DNA of 32,000 nucleotides. Source: Candidatus Saccharimonadota bacterium. GTDB taxonomy: Bacteria; Pseudomonadota; Gammaproteobacteria; Enterobacterales; Enterobacteriaceae. The stretch spans positions 120,001 to 152,000 of the forward strand of contig NZ_AP018160.1 in assembly GCF_004296515.1 (NCBI RefSeq), given 5' to 3'. Within the stretch, counting starts at the first letter, position 1. Each line of letters starts with the position of its first letter. Below, one piece after another: positions 1 to 8,878 of this stretch. The position numbers and the translations under genes are program-made. The notes beneath the pieces are model-generated. The model was not told the DNA's origin. It searched no databases and saw only the letters and a program-made list of their open reading frames with translations.

Positions 1-214
1 TAGATATATATTCTCTAGTATATTCTACATTTTTTTTATTATTAATAGATATTAAATCTATATTTCTATTATAAGATGAGTACTTATTTTTATAAAAATT
101 TATTATTTCATTTATTACTGATATTGGTTTATATGTACTAGATGCATTATCTAAATATATATTATTATTATTTAACATTGGAAATTTAGATCTTATTTTA
201 TTTATATCATACAT
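1..214 (-). CDS. sufS: Cysteine desulfurase, SufS/CsdA group II (N-terminal 71 codons only; the gene continues past the window start)
   Basis: Absent from the ORF track. The minus-strand frame from ATG at 214..212 reads MYDINKIRSKFPMLNNNNIYLDNASSTYKPISVINEIINFYKNKYSSYNRNIDLISINNKK... This aligns with the E. coli SufS N-terminus ([44 protein letters not shown]...). It begins 4 nt after the pheT stop. The suf operon lies near pheT in E. coli. Confidence 0.6.
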   Translation of the reverse strand, partial: MYDINKIRSKFPMLNNNNIYLDNASSTYKPISVINEIINFYKNKYSSYNRNIDLISINNKKNVEYTREYIS

Positions 215-218
215 AAAT

Positions 219-2549
219 CTAATTTTTTATTATTATCTTAAATTTATTTTTTAATTTTAAAATATAAAAATTAACTATATTTTCTATATCAAAATATGTT
301 AATGTTTTATATTTATCTTGTATATAAAATCTTATAGTAAAATTATTATTAATATTATCTTCTTTATAATAATCTATTAAATTTAGTTTTATAGTCTGAT
401 TATTTTTTATATTATTCAAATAATTTATTATTTTATATATATTAATATTATTATTAATAGTTACAGATATATCTCTTTTATTAATTACAGTATTATAAAT
501 TTTATTTATATTAGTATTTTTATTAATATTAATATTGTTTATATATATTTCAAAAAAAATAACGTTATTTTTTAATTTAAATATTTTTATAATATTATTA
601 TTTATATATCCAAAATATCCTATTATTATATTTTCTTTTATATTTAATATTTTTAAACTTTGATTTAAATCAAATATATTATTTTTTTTATTTTTTACAA
701 ATAAAAATTCATGTTTATTAAAAAAAAATAATAAAATATCTTCTACATTGCCTTTTATATCATAAAAATCAAATGATTCATTACTTTTAATTTTAAAAAA
801 ATCATTTTTTTTATTACCATAAATTATTCCTGATAAAATTTCATTATTAACAATAATATTATTTAAATAATTAAAACAAAATCCATGTTCAAATATTTTA
901 ATATTATTCTCCTGTCTATCTTCATTAAATTTAATTATATTTAATAAACCAATTAATAAAGATCTTCTAAACGAAGACATATTCTCTGATATTGGATTAA
1001 TTATATCTATTTGATTATTTTTATATATTAAATTTTGCTTGTTTTTATTAACTAAACTATATGATATTACTTCATTAAAACCATTGTAAATTAGAAATTT
1101 TTTTATTTTATATATAATTTTTTCTTTATTATTTAATTTATTTAAATATATATTGTTTAAATTATTATTTAAAACTGATTTTTTATATTTAGGTATTTTA
1201 TTGCATCCATATATTTTTATTATTTCTTCAAATAAATCTTCTTTTATATTTATATCAGATCTTGTTTTAGGTATCACTACTTTTAAAGTATTATTACTAT
1301 TTATAGAAAATTTAAATTTTAATTTATTTAAAATATTAATTATATTTTCATATTTTATTTTAAATCCTATAAATTTATATAATTTATATATATTTAAATT
1401 TATATATTTTTTTATATTAAATAAATTACTTTTACTTATATATGAATAGTTTATTTTATAAATATTAGATAATATTTTTATAAAATATTTTAATATTGAA
1501 TATATTAAATTATATTCAACTTCTATTTCATTATTTTCTACAAAATGATTTGTATTATTATATAAATTTTTATTTATATTTATAAATTTATAATTAAATG
1601 ATCCACAACCAATAAAAATATTATTATAATTATTTATATTTTTTTTTATATCTATTCCTGGTATATTTAATATTTCATTATTATTATTAAATACTGATAA
1701 TGTATTTCTATATATAAATACATTCTTATTATTTACTAAATAATAAGAATCATTGTTTGTTAATTTTATTATAATTTCATTATCATATATATCATATATA
1801 TTAAATATGTTTATTAAATATCCTGTTTCTAAAAATATATAATTAATTATATCATTAATATTATTATTAATTTTAAAATCACTATGAATTAACTTTTCTT
1901 TTATTTCTATCGGAGTATTATATTCTCCTTCTATTTTTTCTAAATAAAAACCACAATATTTAGAACAAATATTTTTATCTATTATATTTATAAAAAATTT
2001 TTTATCTATAGAAGGATTTATTTTTATATTATTAAAAGGTAAATTTATTTTTATATTATTTATTATAGATATTTCTTTGCATATGCCTAAAATATTTAAA
2101 CAATCTAATCTATTATTTGGAATTTTTATATCAATAATATTAAAATTAAATATTAATAAATATGATAAATCTATTCCTAATTTTGTATTTTTATTTAAAA
2201 TTATTGGATCATTATTATTGTTTATTTCTAATATTTTAGGAGTATATATATATACTTTTTTATTTTTATTAAAGAATATTAATGCTACAATTGAGTTTTT
2301 TAAATAATTATCATATTTTATATTTTGTTTTATAGTTATATATTTTAATTTAGATATATTTAATTTTATTAAATATTCTTCATCTTTTAAATATAAAATA
2401 TCTATTATTTTTCCAGAAATTATTTTATATATATTATTATTAGTTTTAATTACATTATTAACTTCTAATCCTGATTTATCTAATAATTTTAATATTTTTT
2501 TACTATTTATATTAAAAAATTTAAGTATACAATATTCATTAATTTTCAT
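219..2549 (-). CDS. pheT: Phenylalanine--tRNA ligase beta subunit
   Basis: 776-aa ORF (E. coli PheT is about 795 aa). The N-terminus MKINEYCILKFFN...SGLEVNNV matches MKFSELWLREWVN...AGLEVDGV. It lies directly downstream of pheS. Stop codon is TAG. Confidence 0.9.
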   Translation of the reverse strand: MKINEYCILKFFNINSKKILKLLDKSGLEVNNVIKTNNNIYKIISGKIIDILYLKDEEYLIKLNISKLKYITIKQNIKYDNYLKNSIVALIFFNKNKKVYIYTPKILEINNNNDPIILNKNTKLGIDLSYLLIFNFNIIDIKIPNNRLDCLNILGICKEISIINNIKINLPFNNIKINPSIDKKFFINIIDKNICSKYCGFYLEKIEGEYNTPIEIKEKLIHSDFKINNNINDIINYIFLETGYLINIFNIYDIYDNEIIIKLTNNDSYYLVNNKNVFIYRNTLSVFNNNNEILNIPGIDIKKNINNYNNIFIGCGSFNYKFININKNLYNNTNHFVENNEIEVEYNLIYSILKYFIKILSNIYKINYSYISKSNLFNIKKYINLNIYKLYKFIGFKIKYENIINILNKLKFKFSINSNNTLKVVIPKTRSDINIKEDLFEEIIKIYGCNKIPKYKKSVLNNNLNNIYLNKLNNKEKIIYKIKKFLIYNGFNEVISYSLVNKNKQNLIYKNNQIDIINPISENMSSFRRSLLIGLLNIIKFNEDRQENNIKIFEHGFCFNYLNNIIVNNEILSGIIYGNKKNDFFKIKSNESFDFYDIKGNVEDILLFFFNKHEFLFVKNKKNNIFDLNQSLKILNIKENIIIGYFGYINNNIIKIFKLKNNVIFFEIYINNININKNTNINKIYNTVINKRDISVTINNNINIYKIINYLNNIKNNQTIKLNLIDYYKEDNINNNFTIRFYIQDKYKTLTYFDIENIVNFYILKLKNKFKIIIKN

Positions 2550-2554
2550 TTTAA

Positions 2555-3574
2555 TTATTCATATGAGAACTGATTTAAAAATCTTATATTATTTTCAAAT
2601 AAAATCTTTATGTCATCTATATCATATTTTAACATTGTTAATCTTTCTATTCCAATACCAAAAGCTAATCCTACATATTTTTTATTAATTTTTAAATTAT
2701 TTAATACATTAGGATGTATTAAACCACATCCTAAAACTTCTATCCATTTTCCATATTTATTTTTAATATCCAATTCTAATGAAGGTTCTGTAAAAGGAAA
2801 ATAAGAATGTCTAAATTTAATTTTTATTTTTTTATCATAATCAAAAAAATAAGAAATAAAATTTTCTAATATATTTTTTAATATTTTTAAATTTACAAAT
2901 TTATCTATTATAAAACCATCAAATTGATGAAACATAGGAGTATGAGTTTTATCTTTATCATTTCTATATACTTTTCCGTAAGAAATAATTTTTATAGGAT
3001 GTTTATTTTTTTCTAAAAATCTAATTTGACAACATGATGTTTGAGTTCTAAGTAAATTCGTATTATCTATCCAAAAAGTATCTTTATTACTTCTAGAAGG
3101 ATGATTTTTAGATATATTTAAAGCATCAAAATTATAATATGAATTTTCTATTTCTAAACAATTAAAAGTTTTAAAACCTAAATTATTAAAATAGTTTTCT
3201 ATTTTTAGAATTACAATAGAAATTGGATGAAAACTACCTATTTGTATTTTTTTTCCAGGTAAATTTATATCAAATTTTTTAATATTATAATTTATATCAT
3301 TATATGAAAGTTTATTTTTATATTCTATATATATATTATTTATTTCATATTTAATTAAATTTAATTTTTTACCTATATCTTTTTTAAAATTTATATCTAA
3401 TTTATAAATATATTTAAATAATTTATTTATAAAACTATATTTACCTATAAGTTTAGATTTTAATATATTTAAATCATTTAAATTATTTATTGTTTTTATA
3501 TCTTCTTTAAATCTTATAATAATATTATTTAATTTTAGAAAAAGTAATTCTTTATTTTCTATATAATACTTCAT
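2555..3574 (-). CDS. pheS: Phenylalanine--tRNA ligase alpha subunit
   Basis: 339-aa ORF with class II aaRS motifs conserved with E. coli PheS: FHPIS, NFDALNISKNHPSR, LLRTQTS, HTPMFHQFDG, SYFPFTEPS, FGIGIERLTMLKY. Confidence 0.95.
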   Translation of the reverse strand: MKYYIENKELLFLKLNNIIIRFKEDIKTINNLNDLNILKSKLIGKYSFINKLFKYIYKLDINFKKDIGKKLNLIKYEINNIYIEYKNKLSYNDINYNIKKFDINLPGKKIQIGSFHPISIVILKIENYFNNLGFKTFNCLEIENSYYNFDALNISKNHPSRSNKDTFWIDNTNLLRTQTSCCQIRFLEKNKHPIKIISYGKVYRNDKDKTHTPMFHQFDGFIIDKFVNLKILKNILENFISYFFDYDKKIKIKFRHSYFPFTEPSLELDIKNKYGKWIEVLGCGLIHPNVLNNLKINKKYVGLAFGIGIERLTMLKYDIDDIKILFENNIRFLNQFSYE

Positions 3575-3575
3575 A

Positions 3576-3923
3576 CTATTTAAAATTTATTTTAGATAAT
3601 AATTTTTCAAATTGATCTTTATTTGATGAAATAATAGATAATATTTTTCTATTTATAAAAATTGATTTTTTCTTTAAAATATTTATAAAACTACTGTAAT
3701 TCATATTATATTTTCTTACAGCTGAATTTATTCTTAAAATCCATAATTTTCTTATATTTCTTTTTTTTATTTTTCTATCTATATATGAATATTGACCAGC
3801 TTTAATAACAGATTGTTTAGATATTTTATAACATTTTGATCTAGATCCATAATATCCTTTAGATTTTTTTAAAATTTTTTTATGCTTTGAATGAGAATAA
3901 ACACTGCACTTTTTTTTAGTCAT
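3576..3923 (-). CDS. rplT: 50S ribosomal protein L20
   Basis: 115 aa. HKKILKKSKGYYGSRSK...IKAGQYSYIDRK...LWILRINSAVRKYNMNYSSFIN is collinear with E. coli L20. Only 1 nt separates its stop from the pheS ATG. Confidence 0.95.
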   Translation of the reverse strand: MTKKKCSVYSHSKHKKILKKSKGYYGSRSKCYKISKQSVIKAGQYSYIDRKIKKRNIRKLWILRINSAVRKYNMNYSSFINILKKKSIFINRKILSIISSNKDQFEKLLSKINFK

Positions 3924-3939
3924 TTATATTATTATTTTA

Positions 3940-4146
3940 TTATTTGTAATATATATATTTATTTATTAAGTAAGAATTATTTTTTGATAATATAGAACGT
4001 TTTTTTAATTTTTTTCTTCTCTTAGAAGATTTTTTAGTTAAAATATGTCTTAAATTTGATTTTTTATATTTTATTAATCCTGATTTAAGAACTAAAAATC
4101 TTTTTTTCAAACTACTAATATTTTTTATTTTATATTTTACATTCAT
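3940..4146 (-). CDS. rpmI: 50S ribosomal protein L35
   Basis: 68 aa, very basic, with the L35 signature NLRHILTKKSSKRRKKL. It sits between infC and rplT as in E. coli. Confidence 0.9.
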   Translation of the reverse strand: MNVKYKIKNISSLKKRFLVLKSGLIKYKKSNLRHILTKKSSKRRKKLKKRSILSKNNSYLINKYIYYK

Positions 4147-4167
4147 AATATAATTATATTTTATTTA

Positions 4168-4698
4168 TTATTTAAATAATAGTAAAATACCAATATGTTT
4201 ATCATTTTTATTAGAAATAAATTCTGATGTTGAAATATCTTTTGTTTTTTCTATAATATATTTAAAAATATCAATACCAATATTTTTATGAATAATTTCA
4301 CGACCAATAAATTTCATAATTATTTTAACTTTATATTTTTTATTTATAAATTTAATTATATTAAATATTTTTATATCTAAATCTTTTTTATATATATTTG
4401 GTCTTATTTTTATTTCTTTTAATTGAATTAAATTTTGTTTTCTTTTATTTTTTTTTATATTTTTATTTTTATAATATAGAAATTTATTTAAATTTACTAA
4501 TTTATATACAGGTAATTCATGATTTAGATTTAATTCAATTAAATCTAAATTTAAATCTTTAGATTTTTTAAAAGCTAAATCTAATGTAAAAATACCTATT
4601 TGAGAACCATCAATATCTATTAATCTTATATTACTATTTAATAAATTACTATTTAAATTTAGATAATTATTATCTACTTTTTTTATTTTTTTTATAAT
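4168..4698 (-). CDS. infC: Translation initiation factor IF-3, non-AUG start (ATT at 4698..4696, or ATA at 4695..4693)
   Basis: Absent from the ORF track because there is no N-terminal ATG. My hand translation of the minus strand is open from 4698 to the TAA at 4170..4168: (I)IKKIKKVDNNYLNLNSNLLNSNIRLIDIDGSQIGIFTLDLAFKKSKDLNLDLIELNLNHELPVYKLVNLNKFLYYKNK...QLKEIKIRPNIYKKDLDIKIFNIIKFINKKYKVKIIMKFIGREIIHKNIGIDIF... This is collinear with E. coli IF3 (EVRLTGLEGEQLGIVSL...[27 protein letters not shown]...VKEIKFRPGTDEGDYQVKL...ITLRFRGREMAHQQIGMEV). AGGAGG lies just upstream. E. coli infC famously starts with AUU. Confidence 0.85.
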   Translation of the reverse strand: MIKKIKKVDNNYLNLNSNLLNSNIRLIDIDGSQIGIFTLDLAFKKSKDLNLDLIELNLNHELPVYKLVNLNKFLYYKNKNIKKNKRKQNLIQLKEIKIRPNIYKKDLDIKIFNIIKFINKKYKVKIIMKFIGREIIHKNIGIDIFKYIIEKTKDISTSEFISNKNDKHIGILLLFK

Positions 4699-4700
4699 AA

Positions 4701-4706
4701 CCTCCT
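4701..4706 (-). promoter_or_regulatory. Perfect Shine-Dalgarno hexamer AGGAGG for infC, immediately after the thrS stop codon
   Basis: The plus strand reads cctcct at 4701..4706, which is AGGAGG on the minus strand. It is 2 nt from ATT(4698) and 5 nt from ATA(4695). Every other cctcc/ggagg I found lies inside a coding sequence or a tRNA. Most other genes checked have no recognisable SD. Confidence 0.7.
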
Positions 4707-6596
4707 TTAATTATATATTTTATTTAGTATTTCTTTTTTTATTATATTCAATATTTCTTTAATTTTAAAAGATCCTATATCATTTTTATCAATTGTTCTG
4801 ACAGAAACAGTATTATTTAATTCTTCTAAATTTCCACATATAAATACATATGGAATTTTCATTATAATACTATCTCTAATTTTATATTCTATTTTTTTAT
4901 TTCTTATATCTATTTTATATCTTATGTTATATTTATCTATTATTTTAGATATTTTATTAATATAATTATTTTGATTATTAGATATACTTAATATTAATAT
5001 TTGAATTGGTGATAACCATATAGGAAATTTACCATAATATTCTTCAGTTATAATACCTATAAATCTTTCTATTGATCCAAATATTGCTCTATGTATTAAT
5101 ATAGGATTATTTTTTTTATTATTTTTATTTATATAAAAAGAATTTAATTTTTGAGGTAAAAAAAAATCTAATTGTATTGTACCACATTGCCATTCTCTAT
5201 TTAAATAATCTAAAAATATAAATTCAATTTTTGGTCCATAAAATGCGCCTTCGCCATAATTAATATCATAATTAATATTACAACAATTTAATATATCTTT
5301 TATATTTTTTTCTGATATATCCCATAAATAATCATCACCTATTTTATTATTTGGTCTTGTAGATAATTTAACTTTTATCTTAAATAAATTTAATTTTGAA
5401 TAAACATCATATATCATTTCTATACAATTTTTTATTTCTTTATAAACTTGTTCTTCGGTACAAAATATATGACCATCATCTTGAACAAAAGTTTTCGTTC
5501 TTAAAAGACCATGTAAAGAACCTGATAATTCATTTCTATGACATTGACCAAATTCTGATATTCTGTATGGTAAATCTTTATAAGATCTTATATTATTATT
5601 AAATATATTTATATGACCTGGACAATTCATTGGTTTTATACAATATTTTTTATTATCAATAGTTACATCAAATATATTTTTATCATAATATTTTAAATGT
5701 TCAGTTTTATACCAAATTTCTTTAGGCATTAAAATAGGACTTATAACTTCTATATATTTATATGATTTTAATTTTTCTCTTATAAAATTTTTTAATTCAT
5801 TAAATATTATTAATCCATTATTTTTCCAAAATATCATTCCAGGAAATGTTTTATTTATATAAAATAATTTTATTTTATTATTTATTATTCTATGATCTCT
5901 ATATTTATCCAATACTTTTTTATATGATAAAGTATTCATATATATATATATTCTATTAAATAAATTATTTATGTTTTTTCCATACCATATTTTATAAATA
6001 AAATTATCTAATTTAAATAAATTATTTAAATTTATATCTACAATTTCATCTATATTATTAATATCTAATAAATTAATATAATTATTTAAAGAAAAAATAT
6101 TTATATTATCATTTTTATTTAGATTTTTAATATAATTTTTTTTATATTTACTATAAAATATATTTTTTATTTCATTTAGTTTTATTATTTTTCTTTTAAT
6201 ATAATATTTATTTTTAAATAAATTAATTATATTTTTTTCAATTAGATTAATATTTTTTAAATTAGAATTTTTTTTTAAAAAAAAATCACAATAAATTTTA
6301 TTTTTTTCTATGTTTGATTTTACTAAATAACATTTATTAAAAATTTTTTTTATAGAAAATCCTAAAATAAATAATATTATTTCTTTTATTATTTTCTCTG
6401 CATAATCACTATTTTTAGAAATTATATTTATATTTGAACTTTTATATATAATAAATTCTAAATTAACTATTTTTTTATTATTTATAATTGCAAATATATA
6501 TTTATCAAAATATAATTTTTTTATATTTATAATATCTTTTATAGATATAGGATTATATAAAGTAATACTTTTATTATTTAATACAATGTTAAACAT
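4707..6596 (-). CDS. thrS: Threonine--tRNA ligase
   Basis: 629 aa (E. coli ThrRS is 642 aa). Class II core motifs include MNCPGHINIF, FGQCHRNELSGSLHGLLRTKTFVQDDGHIF, GAFYGPKIEF and HRAIFGSIERFIGI. Position upstream of infC is conserved. Confidence 0.95.
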   Translation of the reverse strand: MFNIVLNNKSITLYNPISIKDIINIKKLYFDKYIFAIINNKKIVNLEFIIYKSSNINIISKNSDYAEKIIKEIILFILGFSIKKIFNKCYLVKSNIEKNKIYCDFFLKKNSNLKNINLIEKNIINLFKNKYYIKRKIIKLNEIKNIFYSKYKKNYIKNLNKNDNINIFSLNNYINLLDINNIDEIVDINLNNLFKLDNFIYKIWYGKNINNLFNRIYIYMNTLSYKKVLDKYRDHRIINNKIKLFYINKTFPGMIFWKNNGLIIFNELKNFIREKLKSYKYIEVISPILMPKEIWYKTEHLKYYDKNIFDVTIDNKKYCIKPMNCPGHINIFNNNIRSYKDLPYRISEFGQCHRNELSGSLHGLLRTKTFVQDDGHIFCTEEQVYKEIKNCIEMIYDVYSKLNLFKIKVKLSTRPNNKIGDDYLWDISEKNIKDILNCCNINYDINYGEGAFYGPKIEFIFLDYLNREWQCGTIQLDFFLPQKLNSFYINKNNKKNNPILIHRAIFGSIERFIGIITEEYYGKFPIWLSPIQILILSISNNQNNYINKISKIIDKYNIRYKIDIRNKKIEYKIRDSIIMKIPYVFICGNLEELNNTVSVRTIDKNDIGSFKIKEILNIIKKEILNKIYN

Positions 6597-6616
6597 AAAT
6601 TAATAAATTAAATTTA

Positions 6617-7129
6617 ATGAATATAGATAATCATATTATTTTTAATGTTATTTCAATATTTATATTGAGAAATATTAATTTTATTAGTATTTCATATAAA
6701 GATTGGTTCTATATACTACTTGGAAGTTTATTAACATGTATGCTTCCTGATATTGATCATCCTTGTTCTTTTATTGGAAGAAGATTTAGAATAATATCTA
6801 AATTTATATATAATATATTTGGTCATAGAAAAATAACTCATAGTTTATTAATGATATTAATAATAAATTTTATATTTAAAAAACTAATATTAAATTTAAA
6901 TTTAATACCATATTATATATATCATGGTATGGTAATAGGATATATAAACCATATAATAGCAGATATGTTTACAGTAAGTGGAGTTCCTCTATTATGGCCA
7001 ATTAATATAAAATTTAAAATACCATTATTATATAAAATTTTTTATAAATTTAATATTATAATTATATATATATTAATATTATTAATATTAATTATAAAAT
7101 TTATATTTTTAAGAAAAAATTATAATTAA
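6617..7129 (+). CDS. ydjM: Inner-membrane metal-dependent hydrolase family protein (YdjM/YbcI, DUF457)
   Basis: 170 aa and hydrophobic. The motifs LPDIDHPCSFIGRRF, FGHRKITHSLL, GYINHIIADMFTVSGVPLLWP match my recollection of E. coli YdjM (LPDIDHPKSFLGQR, FGHRGFTHSLL, GYLSHILADMLTPAGVPLLWP). ydjM lies a few kb from thrS in E. coli. Confidence 0.6.
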   Translation: MNIDNHIIFNVISIFILRNINFISISYKDWFYILLGSLLTCMLPDIDHPCSFIGRRFRIISKFIYNIFGHRKITHSLLMILIINFIFKKLILNLNLIPYYIYHGMVIGYINHIIADMFTVSGVPLLWPINIKFKIPLLYKIFYKFNIIIIYILILLILIIKFIFLRKNYN

Positions 7130-7969
7130 TTATTTTTTAGCATAGGTAAATCTATTATTTTTATTTAAATCATTAAAAGTATTAATTTCAGTAAAGTTAT
7201 TATATTTAAAAATTTTTCTAACTATTTTACCTTGTAAATATCCATGTTCTATTAACATAAAACCATTTTTTTTTAAAAACTTATTAAATTTATTTATAAT
7301 ATAAAATATATCATAAACACCATTATATTTAGAAACTAATGATTCTTTCGGCTCATATATTTTTTTATTTTTATTAATATATTCAAATTCGTATTCTGAA
7401 ATATAAGGAGGATTACTAATTATTATATCAAATTTATAATTTAATTTATAATTAAACCAATTTTTATTTATAAAACAAACATTTTTAACATTTAATATTT
7501 TAGAATTAATATTAGCAAATTTTATAGATTCATTATTAAAATCTATTCCTAAAATATTAGATTTAGGTAGATTTTTTGCCAAAGATATAGCTATAGATCC
7601 TATACCTGTACCAAGATCCATTATGTTATAAACTACATTATTTTTTAATTTATTAATAACAAAATCGACTAAAACCTCAGTATCAGATCTAGGTATAAAT
7701 ACCTTATTATTTAATTTAAATTTTAAAGAATAAAATTCTACATTTTTAACTAAATATGGTAAAGGAACTCCTTTTTTAAGGAAAAATAAAATTTTATCTA
7801 ATAATATAAAATTTTTTAAATTTATAATTTTATTTTCTAATATTAATATATTTTCTCTTTTTATTTTTAATACAGAACTTATAATTAATTCTAAATCATA
7901 AATATATCTACTTTCATTAGTATTTAAATAATTAAAAGCATAATATTTTAGCCATTCTTTTATACTCAT
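7130..7969 (-). CDS. prmC: Release-factor glutamine N5-methyltransferase (PrmC/HemK)
   Basis: 279 aa with the SAM-binding motif MDLGTGIGSIAISLA and the catalytic NPPY motif (IIISNPPYISE). It is directly downstream of prfA as in E. coli. Confidence 0.9.
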   Translation of the reverse strand: MSIKEWLKYYAFNYLNTNESRYIYDLELIISSVLKIKRENILILENKIINLKNFILLDKILFFLKKGVPLPYLVKNVEFYSLKFKLNNKVFIPRSDTEVLVDFVINKLKNNVVYNIMDLGTGIGSIAISLAKNLPKSNILGIDFNNESIKFANINSKILNVKNVCFINKNWFNYKLNYKFDIIISNPPYISEYEFEYINKNKKIYEPKESLVSKYNGVYDIFYIINKFNKFLKKNGFMLIEHGYLQGKIVRKIFKYNNFTEINTFNDLNKNNRFTYAKK

Positions 7970-7973
7970 AAAT

Positions 7974-8729
7974 TTAATATTTATAACTACTTAATTTAGA
8001 TATAATCAAATCTAAATTTCCGTTTAGTATTTCTTTTAATTTATTTATATTTAAAAATATTCTATGATCAGTAACTCTATTATTTATAAAATTATATGTT
8101 CTTATTCTATCAGATCTATTTCCAGATCCAAGTAATTTTTTTTTTAATAAATTATTTTCTATTTTTTTTTGATTTTCTTTTAAAATATATAATTTACATT
8201 TTAATATTGATAAAGCTTTTTCTTTATTTTTATGTTGTGATCTTTCATCTTGACATTCTACAACTAATTTAGTTGGTATATGTGTTATTCTAACTGCAGA
8301 ATCAGTTGTATTAACATGTTGTCCTCCAGATCCGGATGATTTAAATGTATCTATTTTTAAATCATTTAAATTTATATTTTTATTTTTTTCTTCATTTGTT
8401 ATTGGTATTACAGCAACTATACATGTTGATGTATGAATTCTACCTTGAGATTCAGTTTTAGGTATTCTTTGAACTCTATGACCACCTGATTCAAATTTTA
8501 ATAAATTATATGATTCATTGTTATTAATTTTTAAAATTACATTTTTACATTCTTTATTTTCAATATTTCTATTTATTATTTCAGTATCCCACATTTTTTT
8601 ATTAGAATATTTAATATACATTTTTAATAAATCTTTTATAAATAAAGAGGATTCATAACCTCCTGTACCAGATTTAATTTCTATAAGACAACCTAATATA
8701 TTATCATTAATATTTTTTTCTTTTTTCAT
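7974..8729 (-). CDS. prfA: Peptide chain release factor 1, N-terminally truncated (domain 1 absent)
   Basis: 251 aa against about 360 aa in E. coli. The alignment begins near E. coli residue 100 ([21 protein letters not shown] ~ NAFLEVRAGTGGDEAALF). It keeps the tripeptide anticodon region ([16 protein letters not shown]) and the GGQ motif ([19 protein letters not shown]). An in-frame TAA lies 3 codons upstream of the ATG. Confidence 0.9.
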   Translation of the reverse strand: MKKEKNINDNILGCLIEIKSGTGGYESSLFIKDLLKMYIKYSNKKMWDTEIINRNIENKECKNVILKINNNESYNLLKFESGGHRVQRIPKTESQGRIHTSTCIVAVIPITNEEKNKNINLNDLKIDTFKSSGSGGQHVNTTDSAVRITHIPTKLVVECQDERSQHKNKEKALSILKCKLYILKENQKKIENNLLKKKLLGSGNRSDRIRTYNFINNRVTDHRIFLNINKLKEILNGNLDLIISKLSSYKY

Positions 8730-8878
8730 TTTATTTTATTTGATTATAAATAATAATATTATTATATATAATTTTAATAAAATTATTATTAAAATTTGTA
8801 TAATATTTATTGTGATATAATATTATATATTTAAAATTAAATAATAATTTAAATTTAATAATAAAATATATTAATAAT

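Noticed and set aside
8730-8878. Sigma-70 promoter (-35/-10) calls in the divergent spacers at 8730..8878, 12697..12748 and 24603..24722.
   Set aside because: TATAAT-like and TTGACA-like hexamers occur every few bases in this composition. Any call would be uninformative without transcript-end data.
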